64,000 bases of DNA from an uncultured Candidatus Rokubacteria bacterium (lineage in GTDB: Bacteria > Methylomirabilota > Methylomirabilia > Rokubacteriales > CSP1-6). Each line of letters opens with the position of its first letter. Positions within the stretch are counted from its first letter, which is position 1. The notes beneath the pieces are model-generated. The model made no database searches. It saw nothing but the letters and a program-made list of their open reading frames with translations, and was not told the origin of the DNA. Positions 9,024 to 18,646 of this stretch are shown here, piece by piece. Where the stretch lies: positions 672,001 to 736,000 of the forward strand of contig CAVWFS010000007.1 in NCBI GenBank assembly GCA_963754315.1, given 5' to 3'. The position numbers were made by a program, and so were the translations under genes.

Positions 9024-10649
9024 ATGGATCGGATCACGCTCGAGGTCATCGGTGCCACGCTCCTCTCGATCGCCGAGGAGATGGGCGAGGCCTTGATCAA
9101 GGCCTCGTACTCTTCGAATATCAAGGAGCGTCAGGACTGCTCGACCGCGATCTTCAACATGCGGGGGGAAGTTATCGCCCAGGCCGAGCACATCCCGATG
9201 CACCTCGGCTCGTTGATCATGATCGTCCGGGAGATCCTCGCCCGCTATCCGATGGACCGTCTCCGGGACGGCGACGTCTTCATCGGCAACGATCCCTACA
9301 CGGGCGGGAGCACGCACCTCCCCGACATCACGGTCGCCTCGCCGGTCTTCCACGAGGGAATGCCGGTTGGCTTCGTGGCCAACATCGCCCACCATGCCGA
9401 CGGCTCGGGGCGAGAAACGCGGACCATTTACGACGAGGGCCTGAGGATCCCGCCTATCCGGGTGGTAGAGAGCGGCGTGCTCCGCGAAGACCTCATGGAG
9501 CTGCTGCTCCTGAACTTCCGCCTTCCCCGCGAGCGTCGCGGCGACTTCCGGGCCCAGTTCGCCGCGAACCGCATCGGGGCGGAGCGACTGGGCGAGCTGC
9601 TCGGGCGACACGGCCGCCCCACGTGCGAGGCGGCCATGGACGAGCTGCTCGCCTACGGCGAGCGCAAGATCCGGACCGCCCTCGCCGCGATTCCCGACGG
9701 GGTTTACACCTTCGAGGACTGCATGGACGATGATGGCGCCGGCGGCGACCCCGTACCGATCGCAGTCCGGATCACCGTCGCCGGTGAAGAGATGGTGCTC
9801 GACTTCGCAGGAACTGGCAATCAGGTTGCCGGTGACATCAACGTGGTCTACCTCGCCCTCGTCGCCACCGTCTACTACGCCCTCAAGGCGCTTCTGGATC
9901 CCAGCATCCCGGCCAACGGCGGCTTCTATCGGGCCATTCGCGTGATGGCCCCGGCTGGATCGATCGTCAACGCCGACCCTCCCGCTCCCGTCGCCTGGCG
10001 CACGCAGACCTGCCAGCGCATCGCCGACGTGGTCTTCGGCGCGCTGGCCCCCGCCTTGCCCGCGCGGGTCACCGCAGCCACCAATGGCGCGAACTCCGCC
10101 TGGGTGTTCAGCGGCGTGGATCCACACAACGGCCGGTACTACGTCTACCTGGAGACGATCGGCGGCGGCTCCGGTGCGCGCGCCGCCAAGGACGGGCTCG
10201 ACGGGGTCCAGGTCCACGTCACGAACACCTCCAACCTCCCCGTGGAGTGCCTCGAGATGGAGTATCCGCTCCTGGTCGAGGAGTACAGTCTCGTGGAGGA
10301 CTCGGGGGGCCCCGGGCGCTTCCGCGGCGGCCTTGGTCTGCGCCGAACGATCCGCGTCCTGGCCGGTGAGCCGACGTTCCTCGGTACGCTCGACCGCGCA
10401 CGTGTTGCTCCCTGGGGACTCTTCGGCGGCGGCCCTGGTGGGCGCGGGGCGCTCCTCCTCCGTCGGGATGGCGCCGCGCCTCGACGACTCGGCTCTAAGG
10501 TTGCCGGGCTCCAGCTTGCTCGCGGCGACACGGTGACAATCATTACCCCCGGGGCCGGTGGCTACGGCCCACCCGCGGAGCGCGAGCCGGACCGGGTGGC
10601 ACGGGACGTGCGCGAGGGCAAGATCTCGGTCGGTCTCGCCTCCGGCTGA
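9024..10649 (+). CDS. Hydantoinase B / 5-oxoprolinase family subunit
   Basis: SSNIKERQDCS, HIPMHLGS, NDPYTGGSTHLPD, NTSNLPVE, TPGAGGYG. Confidence 0.92.
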   Translation: MDRITLEVIGATLLSIAEEMGEALIKASYSSNIKERQDCSTAIFNMRGEVIAQAEHIPMHLGSLIMIVREILARYPMDRLRDGDVFIGNDPYTGGSTHLPDITVASPVFHEGMPVGFVANIAHHADGSGRETRTIYDEGLRIPPIRVVESGVLREDLMELLLLNFRLPRERRGDFRAQFAANRIGAERLGELLGRHGRPTCEAAMDELLAYGERKIRTALAAIPDGVYTFEDCMDDDGAGGDPVPIAVRITVAGEEMVLDFAGTGNQVAGDINVVYLALVATVYYALKALLDPSIPANGGFYRAIRVMAPAGSIVNADPPAPVAWRTQTCQRIADVVFGALAPALPARVTAATNGANSAWVFSGVDPHNGRYYVYLETIGGGSGARAAKDGLDGVQVHVTNTSNLPVECLEMEYPLLVEEYSLVEDSGGPGRFRGGLGLRRTIRVLAGEPTFLGTLDRARVAPWGLFGGGPGGRGALLLRRDGAAPRRLGSKVAGLQLARGDTVTIITPGAGGYGPPAEREPDRVARDVREGKISVGLASG

Positions 10650-10698
10650 ACCTCAGATCCCCGAGCGGGCTCGCGCCCGTGACGAGTGCCGACCCGCC

Positions 10699-10728
10699 TT
10701 GACACCTTCTGGGAAGTCCACGTAGGGT
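10699..10728 (+). promoter_or_regulatory. Sigma70-type promoter, probably giving a leaderless mRNA
   Basis: TTGACA (10699-10704), 18 nt spacer, TAGGGT (10723-10728), then 6 nt to the GTG start with no SD. Confidence 0.55.
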
Positions 10729-10734
10729 CCGGAC

Positions 10735-11613
10735 GTGACGTCAGGGGCTCAGCCGGCGATCGCCGTCCCGTCCGTGCGCGAGCGCGCGCGCTGGAGCCGC
10801 CAGGTCCGACGGGGATTCCGCAGCGCGGCCGTGATCATCGGCGTCGTCTTCGCGCTCCTCGTGGTCAGCATGGCCGCCCTCGCCGACTTCGTCGCCCCCC
10901 ATCCTCCCGATGAGCAGAACTTTGACCTCATCGAAGCACCTCCAAGCTCCCGGGCGCTTCTCGGCACCGATCGGTTCGGCCGGGACGTGCTGAGCCGCGT
11001 CATCTACGGTTCGCGCATCTCGCTCTACGTCGCCGTGGCCTCCATCGCCGCCGCCATGCTGATCGGCGGAGCCCTGGGGCTCATCGCCGGCTATGCCGGA
11101 GGCGCGTGGGACAACGCGATCAATCGAGTCATGGATGTCTTCTTCAGCATCCCCGGCCTCCTGCTGGCGGTCGGTATTGCCGCCATGCGCGGCCCCGGGG
11201 TCAACAGCGCGGTCGTCGCCATCGCCATCGTCTACACCCCGCTGTTCGTCCGCATCATGCGGGGACCCGTCCTGGCCGAGCGTGAAAAGGAGTACGTCGA
11301 GGCCGTGCGGGCGCTGGGCGCTCCGCGGTGGGTGGTGGCCGTCAAGCACGTATTGCCCAACGTGATCTCCCCGTTCGTCGTGCAAGGCACGGTCGCGTTC
11401 TCGCAGGCCATCCTGATCGAAGCGTCCCTCAGCTACCTCGGACTCTCCGCGCAGCCGCCCACCCCCTCCTGGGGCAACATGCTGAACGAGGGGCGTACCT
11501 ATCTGGAGACCGCGCCCTGGATCTCGGTGTTTCCCGGGGTTGCCATCATGGTCACGGTCCTCGCCTTCAACCTCATCGGCGACGGTCTGCGCGACGTCCT
11601 CGATGTGAGCTAG
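10735..11613 (+). CDS. Peptide/nickel ABC permease (DppC/OppC-like)
   Basis: LGTDRFGRDVLSRVIYG, EAA loop (EYVEAVRALGA), PPTPSWG, GDGLRD. Confidence 0.9.
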   Translation: MTSGAQPAIAVPSVRERARWSRQVRRGFRSAAVIIGVVFALLVVSMAALADFVAPHPPDEQNFDLIEAPPSSRALLGTDRFGRDVLSRVIYGSRISLYVAVASIAAAMLIGGALGLIAGYAGGAWDNAINRVMDVFFSIPGLLLAVGIAAMRGPGVNSAVVAIAIVYTPLFVRIMRGPVLAEREKEYVEAVRALGAPRWVVAVKHVLPNVISPFVVQGTVAFSQAILIEASLSYLGLSAQPPTPSWGNMLNEGRTYLETAPWISVFPGVAIMVTVLAFNLIGDGLRDVLDVS

Positions 11614-11648
11614 ATGCCTGCCGTCCAGTCTGATCGAGGAGGAACGAC

Positions 11649-13214
11649 ATGATAGCCAGTGGCTTGCCGTCGCATCCCGTTCGCTTCAGCCGCCGACAGA
11701 TGCTGAGCGCAGGGAGTCTCACCCTCGGGGCTCTCGCCACCAGCCGGGTCGCCTTCGGCCAGGCGCCGAAAGCTGGCGGCACCCTGATTTCGGCCCAGAC
11801 CACCGAGGCCACCGGGCTCGACCCCCAGCTCGTCCCCGCCCTTTCGCGCAGTCGTCGCTCGCCCATGATGTACAACCAGCTCGTCCGCTTCGACCCCGAC
11901 ATGACTCCGCGGCCCGAGCTGGCCGAGTCGTGGCAGATCAGTCCTGACGGCCTCACCTGGACCTTCACGCTCCGCCAGGGGGTGAAATTTCACGACGGTC
12001 AGGAGATGACCTCGGCCGACGTGAAGTTCACCTTCGATCGCCTGTTCGAGAAATCGCCGGGCAAGTCCGACTTCATCGCGGTGGACAAGGTCGAGCCGGC
12101 AGGGCGCCACGCGGTGAAGTTCGTGACCAAGGAGCCCTTCGCGGGACTTTTGGCGGCGCTCGGCGGCTTCTGGGGCTTCATCATCAGCGAGGCGGGCATC
12201 AAGAAGCACGGAGATCTCAACAAGGCCGCCATCGGGACGGGGCCCTTCATGCTGGAGGACTGGAAGGTCGAGCAGCAGATGGTGCTCAAGCGCCATCCCG
12301 GATACTTCAAGAAGGATCTTCCCCACGTGGACGGCGTCGTTCTTCGGATCATTCCCGACGAGGCCAACATCGTTGCCGCCCTTCGCACTGGCCAGATCCA
12401 TCACGCCTTCATCGAGGACAACAAGAACTTCAACCTCCTGAAGGATGAGAAGGCCCTCACCGCCTATCGGAGCTCCCGGCTCGGCTACGACTTCCTCAAC
12501 ATCAACGCCAGTCGCGGCCCCCTCAAGGACGTCCGCGTGCGGCAGGCCATCAGCTGGACGGTAGATCGGGCCCAGGTGCTGCGGGTGGCCGCCGCTGGCT
12601 TCGGCCGTCTCACGGCGCCGGCCACGGCCCCCATGAAGCAGTGGCAGCTGCCCGAGGAGCAGTGGATGCGCTACTACAAGCCAGACCCCGATAAGGCCAA
12701 GAAGCTCCTGGCTGATGCCGGCGTGGGGAGCGGCTTCACCGTGAAGCTGCTCGTCATTCCCACCTTTCCCACCATGGTGTCGGGGGCGCCGGTGGTGGCC
12801 GCCCAGCTCAAGCGCATCGGCGTCAATGCCGAGATCGAGAACGTGGAGTACGCGGTGTGGATCAAGCGGTGGCTGGCCAAGGACTTCGACATGACCATGA
12901 ACACGACCCCTGGCTACGCGGACCCGGACACGGCGTTCTTCCGGGCGTTGCACTCAACCAAGGGGCAGAACTGGAACAGCTGGAGCGTGCCCGACCTGGA
13001 CAGTCTGCTCGAGGAGGGGCGGCGCATCATGGATCCGAAGAAGCGCAAGGACATCTACGACCGCGCCCAGATCATGATCCTCGAGAACGTGCCGCATCTC
13101 TGGCTCTACTCGGCGGAGACCATCGATTTCACCCAGACCGCCGTGAAGGGCTTCCGTCAGCACCCCACCACACTTCTCTACGGTTTCGAGGGAGTCTCGC
13201 TCGACAAGGCCTGA
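11649..13214 (+). CDS. ABC transporter family-5 substrate-binding protein
   Basis: Tat-like SRRQML; LAESWQISPDGLTWTFTLRQGVKFHDG; GTGPF. Confidence 0.9.
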   Translation: MIASGLPSHPVRFSRRQMLSAGSLTLGALATSRVAFGQAPKAGGTLISAQTTEATGLDPQLVPALSRSRRSPMMYNQLVRFDPDMTPRPELAESWQISPDGLTWTFTLRQGVKFHDGQEMTSADVKFTFDRLFEKSPGKSDFIAVDKVEPAGRHAVKFVTKEPFAGLLAALGGFWGFIISEAGIKKHGDLNKAAIGTGPFMLEDWKVEQQMVLKRHPGYFKKDLPHVDGVVLRIIPDEANIVAALRTGQIHHAFIEDNKNFNLLKDEKALTAYRSSRLGYDFLNINASRGPLKDVRVRQAISWTVDRAQVLRVAAAGFGRLTAPATAPMKQWQLPEEQWMRYYKPDPDKAKKLLADAGVGSGFTVKLLVIPTFPTMVSGAPVVAAQLKRIGVNAEIENVEYAVWIKRWLAKDFDMTMNTTPGYADPDTAFFRALHSTKGQNWNSWSVPDLDSLLEEGRRIMDPKKRKDIYDRAQIMILENVPHLWLYSAETIDFTQTAVKGFRQHPTTLLYGFEGVSLDKA

Positions 13215-13228
13215 GTCTCGACGGGGCC

Positions 13229-14179
13229 ATGGGGCGCTATCTCGTCGTTCGGCTCTACTCCATGGCCCTCACCTTGCTCGGACTGACCCTGTTGATCTTT
13301 CTGATGCTGCGCTTGGTTCCAGGTACGGTGGTCGAGCAGATGATCGGTGCCGACGCGGTCGTGAGTCCCGAGATGGTCGAGCGGCTCCGCCGCTTCTTCG
13401 GCCTCGACCAGCCCTGGTACATCCAGTACGGCCGATGGCTGGGGCAGCTCGCCCAGGGAGATCTGGGGACGTCCTGGCGCACCGGAAAGCCCGTCGTCCA
13501 GCTGATCGGTGAGCGCCTCCCGGTCACGCTCGAGCTGACCGCTTGCGCGGTGGGCTTCGCGGTCGTCCTCGGCTTCACCGCCGGCATCGTGTCCGCCCTC
13601 CGACGAGACCGCGCCGTCGACAACATCACGCGGATCGCAACCCTGCTTGGCCTGTCCGTCCCCGTCTTCTGGCAGGGAACGATGCTGATTCTGTTCTTTT
13701 CCCTCTACCTGCGCTGGATGCCGCCGGTAGTGTGGGTGGACCTCTTCACCGATCCGCGACGGAATCTCACGATGATCCTCCTGCCCGCCCTGTGCCTGGG
13801 CACGGCCAGCGCCGCCAGCATCGCCCGCACCATGCGCGCCTGCATGCTCGACGTGCTTCGGTCCGAGTACATGCGCACCGCCAGAGCCAAGGGCCTCGCC
13901 GGAGGGGCAGTGGTGCTCAAGCACGCCCTCAAGAATGCCCTCATTCCGGTGGTGACGGTGGTCGGCCTCCAGGCCGGCATCCTGCTCGGCGGGACGGTGG
14001 TGGTCGAGGAGGTCTTCACGCTCCCCGGGGTCGGGCGCCTGGTGCTGTGGTCAATCTATCAGCGCGATTACCCGCTGACCCAGGGAACCATTCTGTTCGT
14101 GGCCATGCTGTTCATGGCCATCAATCTCGCGGTGGACCTGCTCTATAGCTACCTCGATCCGCGGATTCGTTACCGATGA
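13229..14179 (+). CDS. Peptide/nickel ABC permease (DppB/OppB-like)
   Basis: Start ATG 13229 (MGRYLVVRL); GDLGTS, RTARAKGL, RDYP, DPRIRY. Confidence 0.9.
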   Translation: MGRYLVVRLYSMALTLLGLTLLIFLMLRLVPGTVVEQMIGADAVVSPEMVERLRRFFGLDQPWYIQYGRWLGQLAQGDLGTSWRTGKPVVQLIGERLPVTLELTACAVGFAVVLGFTAGIVSALRRDRAVDNITRIATLLGLSVPVFWQGTMLILFFSLYLRWMPPVVWVDLFTDPRRNLTMILLPALCLGTASAASIARTMRACMLDVLRSEYMRTARAKGLAGGAVVLKHALKNALIPVVTVVGLQAGILLGGTVVVEEVFTLPGVGRLVLWSIYQRDYPLTQGTILFVAMLFMAINLAVDLLYSYLDPRIRYR

Positions 14180-14232
14180 GAGCCTGACGGCCAGTCCCCG
14201 CACCGCCGTGGGGGCCACCTTCGCCACGCCGG

Positions 14233-14790
14233 CTACGACGCCGGCTTGTTGGCACGGGCCACGATCTCCTTGGCGATCTCCGAGGCAGTACGGGTGACGT
14301 CGCGCTCCGAGGCGTGCCGGGACATGACGAACTTCGCCGCGGCCACATAGGGATTCAGCTTCACCACGGCCGCACCGGGCATCTTGCTGCTCCCGTCGGC
14401 GGCTTCGAGCGTGTAGAAAGGCGCGTCGGGATTGCTTTTGATGGCGCTGACTCCAACCCACAGCTGCACTCGGTGGCGCCCGCGCCGAATCCCACGATGG
14501 CGCGCTTGAGCTGGTTCCCCTCGTCAACTTCCGTCACAACGCCACGCACCAGCCATCCATTCGCCGGGCGCGGATCGTCGCGATAGAGGCGCTGGGCGGG
14601 GAGCCCCGCCTTGTTGAGGTCGTCTACCAGGCTATCGGCCATCAATTCGACGAGGGCGTGGGCTCGGGTGACGGGATCGCCATCCTGCACACGATTCCGG
14701 ACCCGTGCCAGCAGTCCGGCGCGCGAGGATTGCGGAGGCTCAGAGCCAGCCGGGAACTCCAGGTCGTTATCGGCCGGAATTACTGGGTGT
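14233..14790 (-). pseudogene. DUF4410-like protein remnant, 5'-truncated and frameshifted
   Basis: Two frames join near 14469: ..GWLVRGVVTEVDEGNQLKRAIVGFGAGATE / QLWVGVS..SSKMPGAAVVKLNPYVAAAKFVMSR... Upstream there is an in-frame stop and no signal peptide. Confidence 0.6.
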
Positions 14791-14821
14791 GGCCCTACAC
14801 GTTCTGGCGCAGCCCGGCGCC

Positions 14822-16159
14822 CTACGTGCCCCTGGTCGTCGTCTGGTGAGACATGACCGCCTCGGTCTGGCGGCGTCCGGTGCCGACTCCGGCGACTCTC
14901 GGAAGCAGCGGCACGCGGTCCTGAAGGTGCGCGATCGCGAAGAACAGCGCCAGCCAGGCGCGGGTCGTGCGGGACGGATTCCAGTAGCCCGCCAATGAGG
15001 TGACGACAGCCTTGAACAGCGGGGCTGGGGGCGAGGCTGAGAAGAACAGGTCCCGGAACCCGCGCGTGTAGAAGGCGAGCACGAAGCGTCGGAACGCGAG
15101 GTACCGTTGCCGCTGGCGGCGGTTGAATGTCGCGAACGTGCGGGCCGACAGATCCCCCACGCCGAGGCCGTGATCGATCGCGCGCGCCGCCTCGAGGCCA
15201 GACTCGAGGGCAATCGCGACCCCGGTGGAGAACACGGGATCGAGGAACGACCCGGCGTCACCGACCAGGACCCAGCGATCGCCCGCGTAGTCGCGCGCCC
15301 CGAAGGAGAAGTCCTTCTCGACCCGTACCGGCCACTCGCGGCGCGCGTCGCGCATGAGCGCGGCGACGGCCGGTGTCTCCTGGATCGCGTGCTCCAGAAG
15401 AACGTCCGAAGCCATGCGCGGCATCGCGTCGAAGGCCTTTCGCGGAAGCACCACCCCGACACTCATGAGTGTCTCCGAGATGGGAATGAGCCAGAACCAG
15501 CCGAGGTCGTAACGGGCCACGACCCTGATGTCACCCGCCCGGCGCCCCTCTCCCCGTGGGACACCAGAATAGTGGGCGAAGGTGGCGATATTCGCGAGCC
15601 GGGGTTCATCGACGCGAAGGCCGAACTTGCGCGCCAGGAGACCGAAGCGACCCGAGGCATCCACGATCGCGGCCGCCCGCGTCTCCTGCGTGCGGCCGAG
15701 GTCGTCGCAGAAGCGCACATTGACACCCGCCGGATCGAAGGTGGCCTCCAACACCCGGTGGCCCTCTCGCACGTCGGCTCCGCAGGCGGCGGCATGGCGC
15801 AAGAGAAGCGTATCGAACTCTTCGCGCGGAACCTGCCACGTCTGTGGGCTCGGGACCTCTTTGGAAACCGCGAAATCCGCGAACCGCTCGATGGAGCCGT
15901 CGGGCGTCATGAAGGTCGCCCCCCACTTGGCCGGAAACGCCTTCGCGCGCACGAGGTCGTTGGCGCCAATTTCCTCGAGCACGTCGTTCACCGAGGCGAG
16001 GAGCGATTCGCCGATGTGAAAGCGCGGAAAAGGGTCACGCTCGAACAGCACCACGCGGCGGCCTGCCCGCGCGAGACGACAGGCGGCCGTCGACCCCGCG
16101 GGGCCCCCGCCAACAACGGCCACGTCGAACTGAGGCCGGAGCTCAGCCATCTCGGTCAC
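14822..16159 (-). CDS. Flavin-dependent halogenase family protein
   Basis: GGGPAG FAD motif, FPRFHIGESLL, FPAKWGATF (candidate catalytic Lys), WFWLIP (WxWxIP), GDAGSFLDPVFSTGV. Confidence 0.85.
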   Translation of the reverse strand: MTEMAELRPQFDVAVVGGGPAGSTAACRLARAGRRVVLFERDPFPRFHIGESLLASVNDVLEEIGANDLVRAKAFPAKWGATFMTPDGSIERFADFAVSKEVPSPQTWQVPREEFDTLLLRHAAACGADVREGHRVLEATFDPAGVNVRFCDDLGRTQETRAAAIVDASGRFGLLARKFGLRVDEPRLANIATFAHYSGVPRGEGRRAGDIRVVARYDLGWFWLIPISETLMSVGVVLPRKAFDAMPRMASDVLLEHAIQETPAVAALMRDARREWPVRVEKDFSFGARDYAGDRWVLVGDAGSFLDPVFSTGVAIALESGLEAARAIDHGLGVGDLSARTFATFNRRQRQRYLAFRRFVLAFYTRGFRDLFFSASPPAPLFKAVVTSLAGYWNPSRTTRAWLALFFAIAHLQDRVPLLPRVAGVGTGRRQTEAVMSHQTTTRGT

Positions 16160-16707
16160 TCCTGGCGCGCGGCCAGGATCACCAGGGAGACGTCCACCCG
16201 TTCCCCCAGGTACGCTCCACCGCTTTCCAGGGCAGCGTTCCAGGTTACCCCGAAGTCCCGACGGTCGACCGACGTCTCCGCCCGGAAAGCGGCGACGGTC
16301 TTGCCACTGAAGGGATGCTTCGACTGACCGAGATACCGGGTATCGAGAACGACCGGCCGGGTGACGCCGTGAATGGTGAGGTCTCCATTCACGCGCCAGC
16401 GCGTGCTATCCAGCGGCTCCACTCGCGTACTGCGAAAGGTGATGGTGGGGTGGTCCCGGCCTCCGAGCAGATCCGGGTCCATGAGCCGTCCCATGAGCCG
16501 CTCGTTGGTGACGTCCACACTGGCGACCGGGATCGAGACGTCCACCGACGCCCCTGTCGGCTGGGTTGGGTCTCCGCGCACCGTCCCCTCCAGAGCGCGA
16601 AACCCCGTCCGATATGTGGAGAAGCCCATGTAGCTCAGCGAGAACTCGACGTTCGAGTGTACGGGGTCAATGGTCCATGTGGGCGCGGGAGTATCGGTGG
16701 TCGTCAT
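16156..16707 (-). CDS. YceI family polyisoprenoid/lipid-binding protein
   Basis: WTIDPVHSNVEF, PTITFRST, GDLTIHGVTRPV, DRRDFGV. Confidence 0.9.
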   Translation of the reverse strand: MTTTDTPAPTWTIDPVHSNVEFSLSYMGFSTYRTGFRALEGTVRGDPTQPTGASVDVSIPVASVDVTNERLMGRLMDPDLLGGRDHPTITFRSTRVEPLDSTRWRVNGDLTIHGVTRPVVLDTRYLGQSKHPFSGKTVAAFRAETSVDRRDFGVTWNAALESGGAYLGERVDVSLVILAARQE

Positions 16708-16764
16708 GATCCGTCCTCCACGTCACACAATCTTACCCCGCCACCCGCGCCAACGCCCAGCGGC

Positions 16765-17625
16765 TCAGAGCTGCCGGCGGGTGCGGGGGTCGAGCATGTC
16801 GCGCAGGCCATCCCCCAGGATGTTCACGGCCAGCACGGTCAGGGCCAGAAACACGCCGGGGAAGAGGATGTTGTGGGGAAGGATCCGGAACAGCGCCCGT
16901 CCTTCCGCCATGATGTTGCCCCAGGTCGGAATCTCCGGTGGAATGCCGACTCCGAGAAAGCTGAGGATGGCTTCCACCAGGATTGCGGACCCGCACACGA
17001 AGGTCCCCTGCACCACGAGGGGCGCGAGCGTGTTCGGGAGGACGTGCTGAGCGAGCAGCCTGGGAGTGGGCGATCCCAGCGCGAGGGCGGCCTCCACGTA
17101 GGGTTCCTCACGGATGGAGAGGACGACCGACCGCACGACGCGCACCACGCGAGGAATCTCGGGAATGACGATGGCGACGATGACCGTGCGCAGGCTCGCC
17201 TTGGAGAGCGACACCAGCACGATGGCCAGCAAGATGGCGGGCACGGCCATGAGCCCGTCCATCACCCGCATCACCACGCTGTCGAGCCAGCGCAGGTAGC
17301 CGGCGAGCACGCCGATCAGCAGTCCGATGACCACACTGATGAGCGCCACCGAGATGCCCACCACAAGCGACACCCGCGCTCCGTACACCACGCGGCTGTA
17401 GACGTCGCGCCCCAGGCTATCCGTGCCCATCCAGGAGGTGGCGGCGCTCTGGCTTCCGTCGGCGTTCCGCACGGTGATCGCGGTGCCGGGACGCTTGTTG
17501 CGGGCGACCGGATCGATCTGGGCGGGGTCCCGGGTACCCAGCAAGGGGGCCAGGACTCCCACCGCCACGATCACGGCCAGGAAGGCGCCGCCGAGCAGCA
17601 CGCTCTTCTGGCGGACCGCGGTCAA
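16765..17625 (-). CDS. Peptide ABC permease (DppC-like)
   Basis: GTDSLGRDVYSRVVYG, EPYVEAALALG, PTWGNIM, GDGLRDMLDPR. Confidence 0.9.
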   Translation of the reverse strand: MTAVRQKSVLLGGAFLAVIVAVGVLAPLLGTRDPAQIDPVARNKRPGTAITVRNADGSQSAATSWMGTDSLGRDVYSRVVYGARVSLVVGISVALISVVIGLLIGVLAGYLRWLDSVVMRVMDGLMAVPAILLAIVLVSLSKASLRTVIVAIVIPEIPRVVRVVRSVVLSIREEPYVEAALALGSPTPRLLAQHVLPNTLAPLVVQGTFVCGSAILVEAILSFLGVGIPPEIPTWGNIMAEGRALFRILPHNILFPGVFLALTVLAVNILGDGLRDMLDPRTRRQL

Positions 17626-18569
17626 TAGCGGATCCTCGGGTCAAGGACCGTATAGGTCAGATCGACCAGCAAATTGATCAGCACGTAGACGACGGAGAAC
17701 AGCAGGACAACCGCCTGGATCGTCGGATAGTCCCGCGCGAGCACGGCGTCTACCGTCAGGCGACCCAGTCCCGGAATGCTGTAGACGGACTCGGTGACGA
17801 CCACTCCACCAATGAGCAGGGCGAACGCCGAGGCCGATCACGGTCACGATCGGCACGGCTGCGTTGCGCAACACGTGCCTCAGCAGCACAGGAGGCTCGC
17901 CCAGCCCCTTGGCGCGCGCGGTCCTGACGTAGTCGGCGCCGAGGACCTCCAGGACGCTCGCCCGGGTGATGCGGGCGATGAGGGCAACCAAGACCACGGC
18001 CAACGTCACACTGGGCAAGATCAGCCGATAGATGAAGCCAGCGAAGCCGTCACTCCAGGCGCTGATAGCCCTGCACAGGTAACCAGCCCAGCTCGATCGC
18101 GAAAAGGTAGATCAGGGCGTAGCCGATGACGAAGACGGGCACCGAGAAGCCAAACACCGAGAGGGCCATGACCCCGCGGTCGATCCACGTGCCGCGTCGA
18201 TAACCGGCGACAACGCCGAGGGGCACCGCGGTCGAGGACGGCGAGTACGGTGGTAACAGGTCGCCAGGGCCACCGTGGGCTCCAGGCGTTCGACAATCAG
18301 GTCGGCCACCTTCTTCTTGAAGAAGAACGATTCGCCGAGATCTCCCCGCAGCACGTTGCTCATCCAGATGACGAACTGCTCGACGAGAGGTCGGTCGAGG
18401 CCGAGGCGGGTGCGGATCTCGCCACGACCTGCTGGCTGGTGGCGTTGTCGCCGGCGATGATGGCGGCGGGATCGCCGCCGGTGAGACGCAGGAGAAGGAA
18501 GACGAAGACGGCCACCACGGCGAGAACGGGTATAGTGGCGAGAAGGCGGCGGCCGATGTACCCGAGCAT
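17622..18569 (-). pseudogene. Peptide ABC permease (DppB-like) broken by multiple frameshifts
   Basis: Fragments in different frames: MLGYIGRRLL.., MSNVLRGDLGESFFF.., LPSVTLA..RTARAKGL.., VVTESVYSIPGLG..DPRIRY. May be sequencing error rather than true decay. Confidence 0.8.
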
Positions 18570-18646
18570 TGGCGCGAAGCGGGTGGCAGAGGCGACGGCG
18601 CGTGATCGGGCCCGATCAGGCGCCGCCCGCCTTCAGATGTTGGGGC

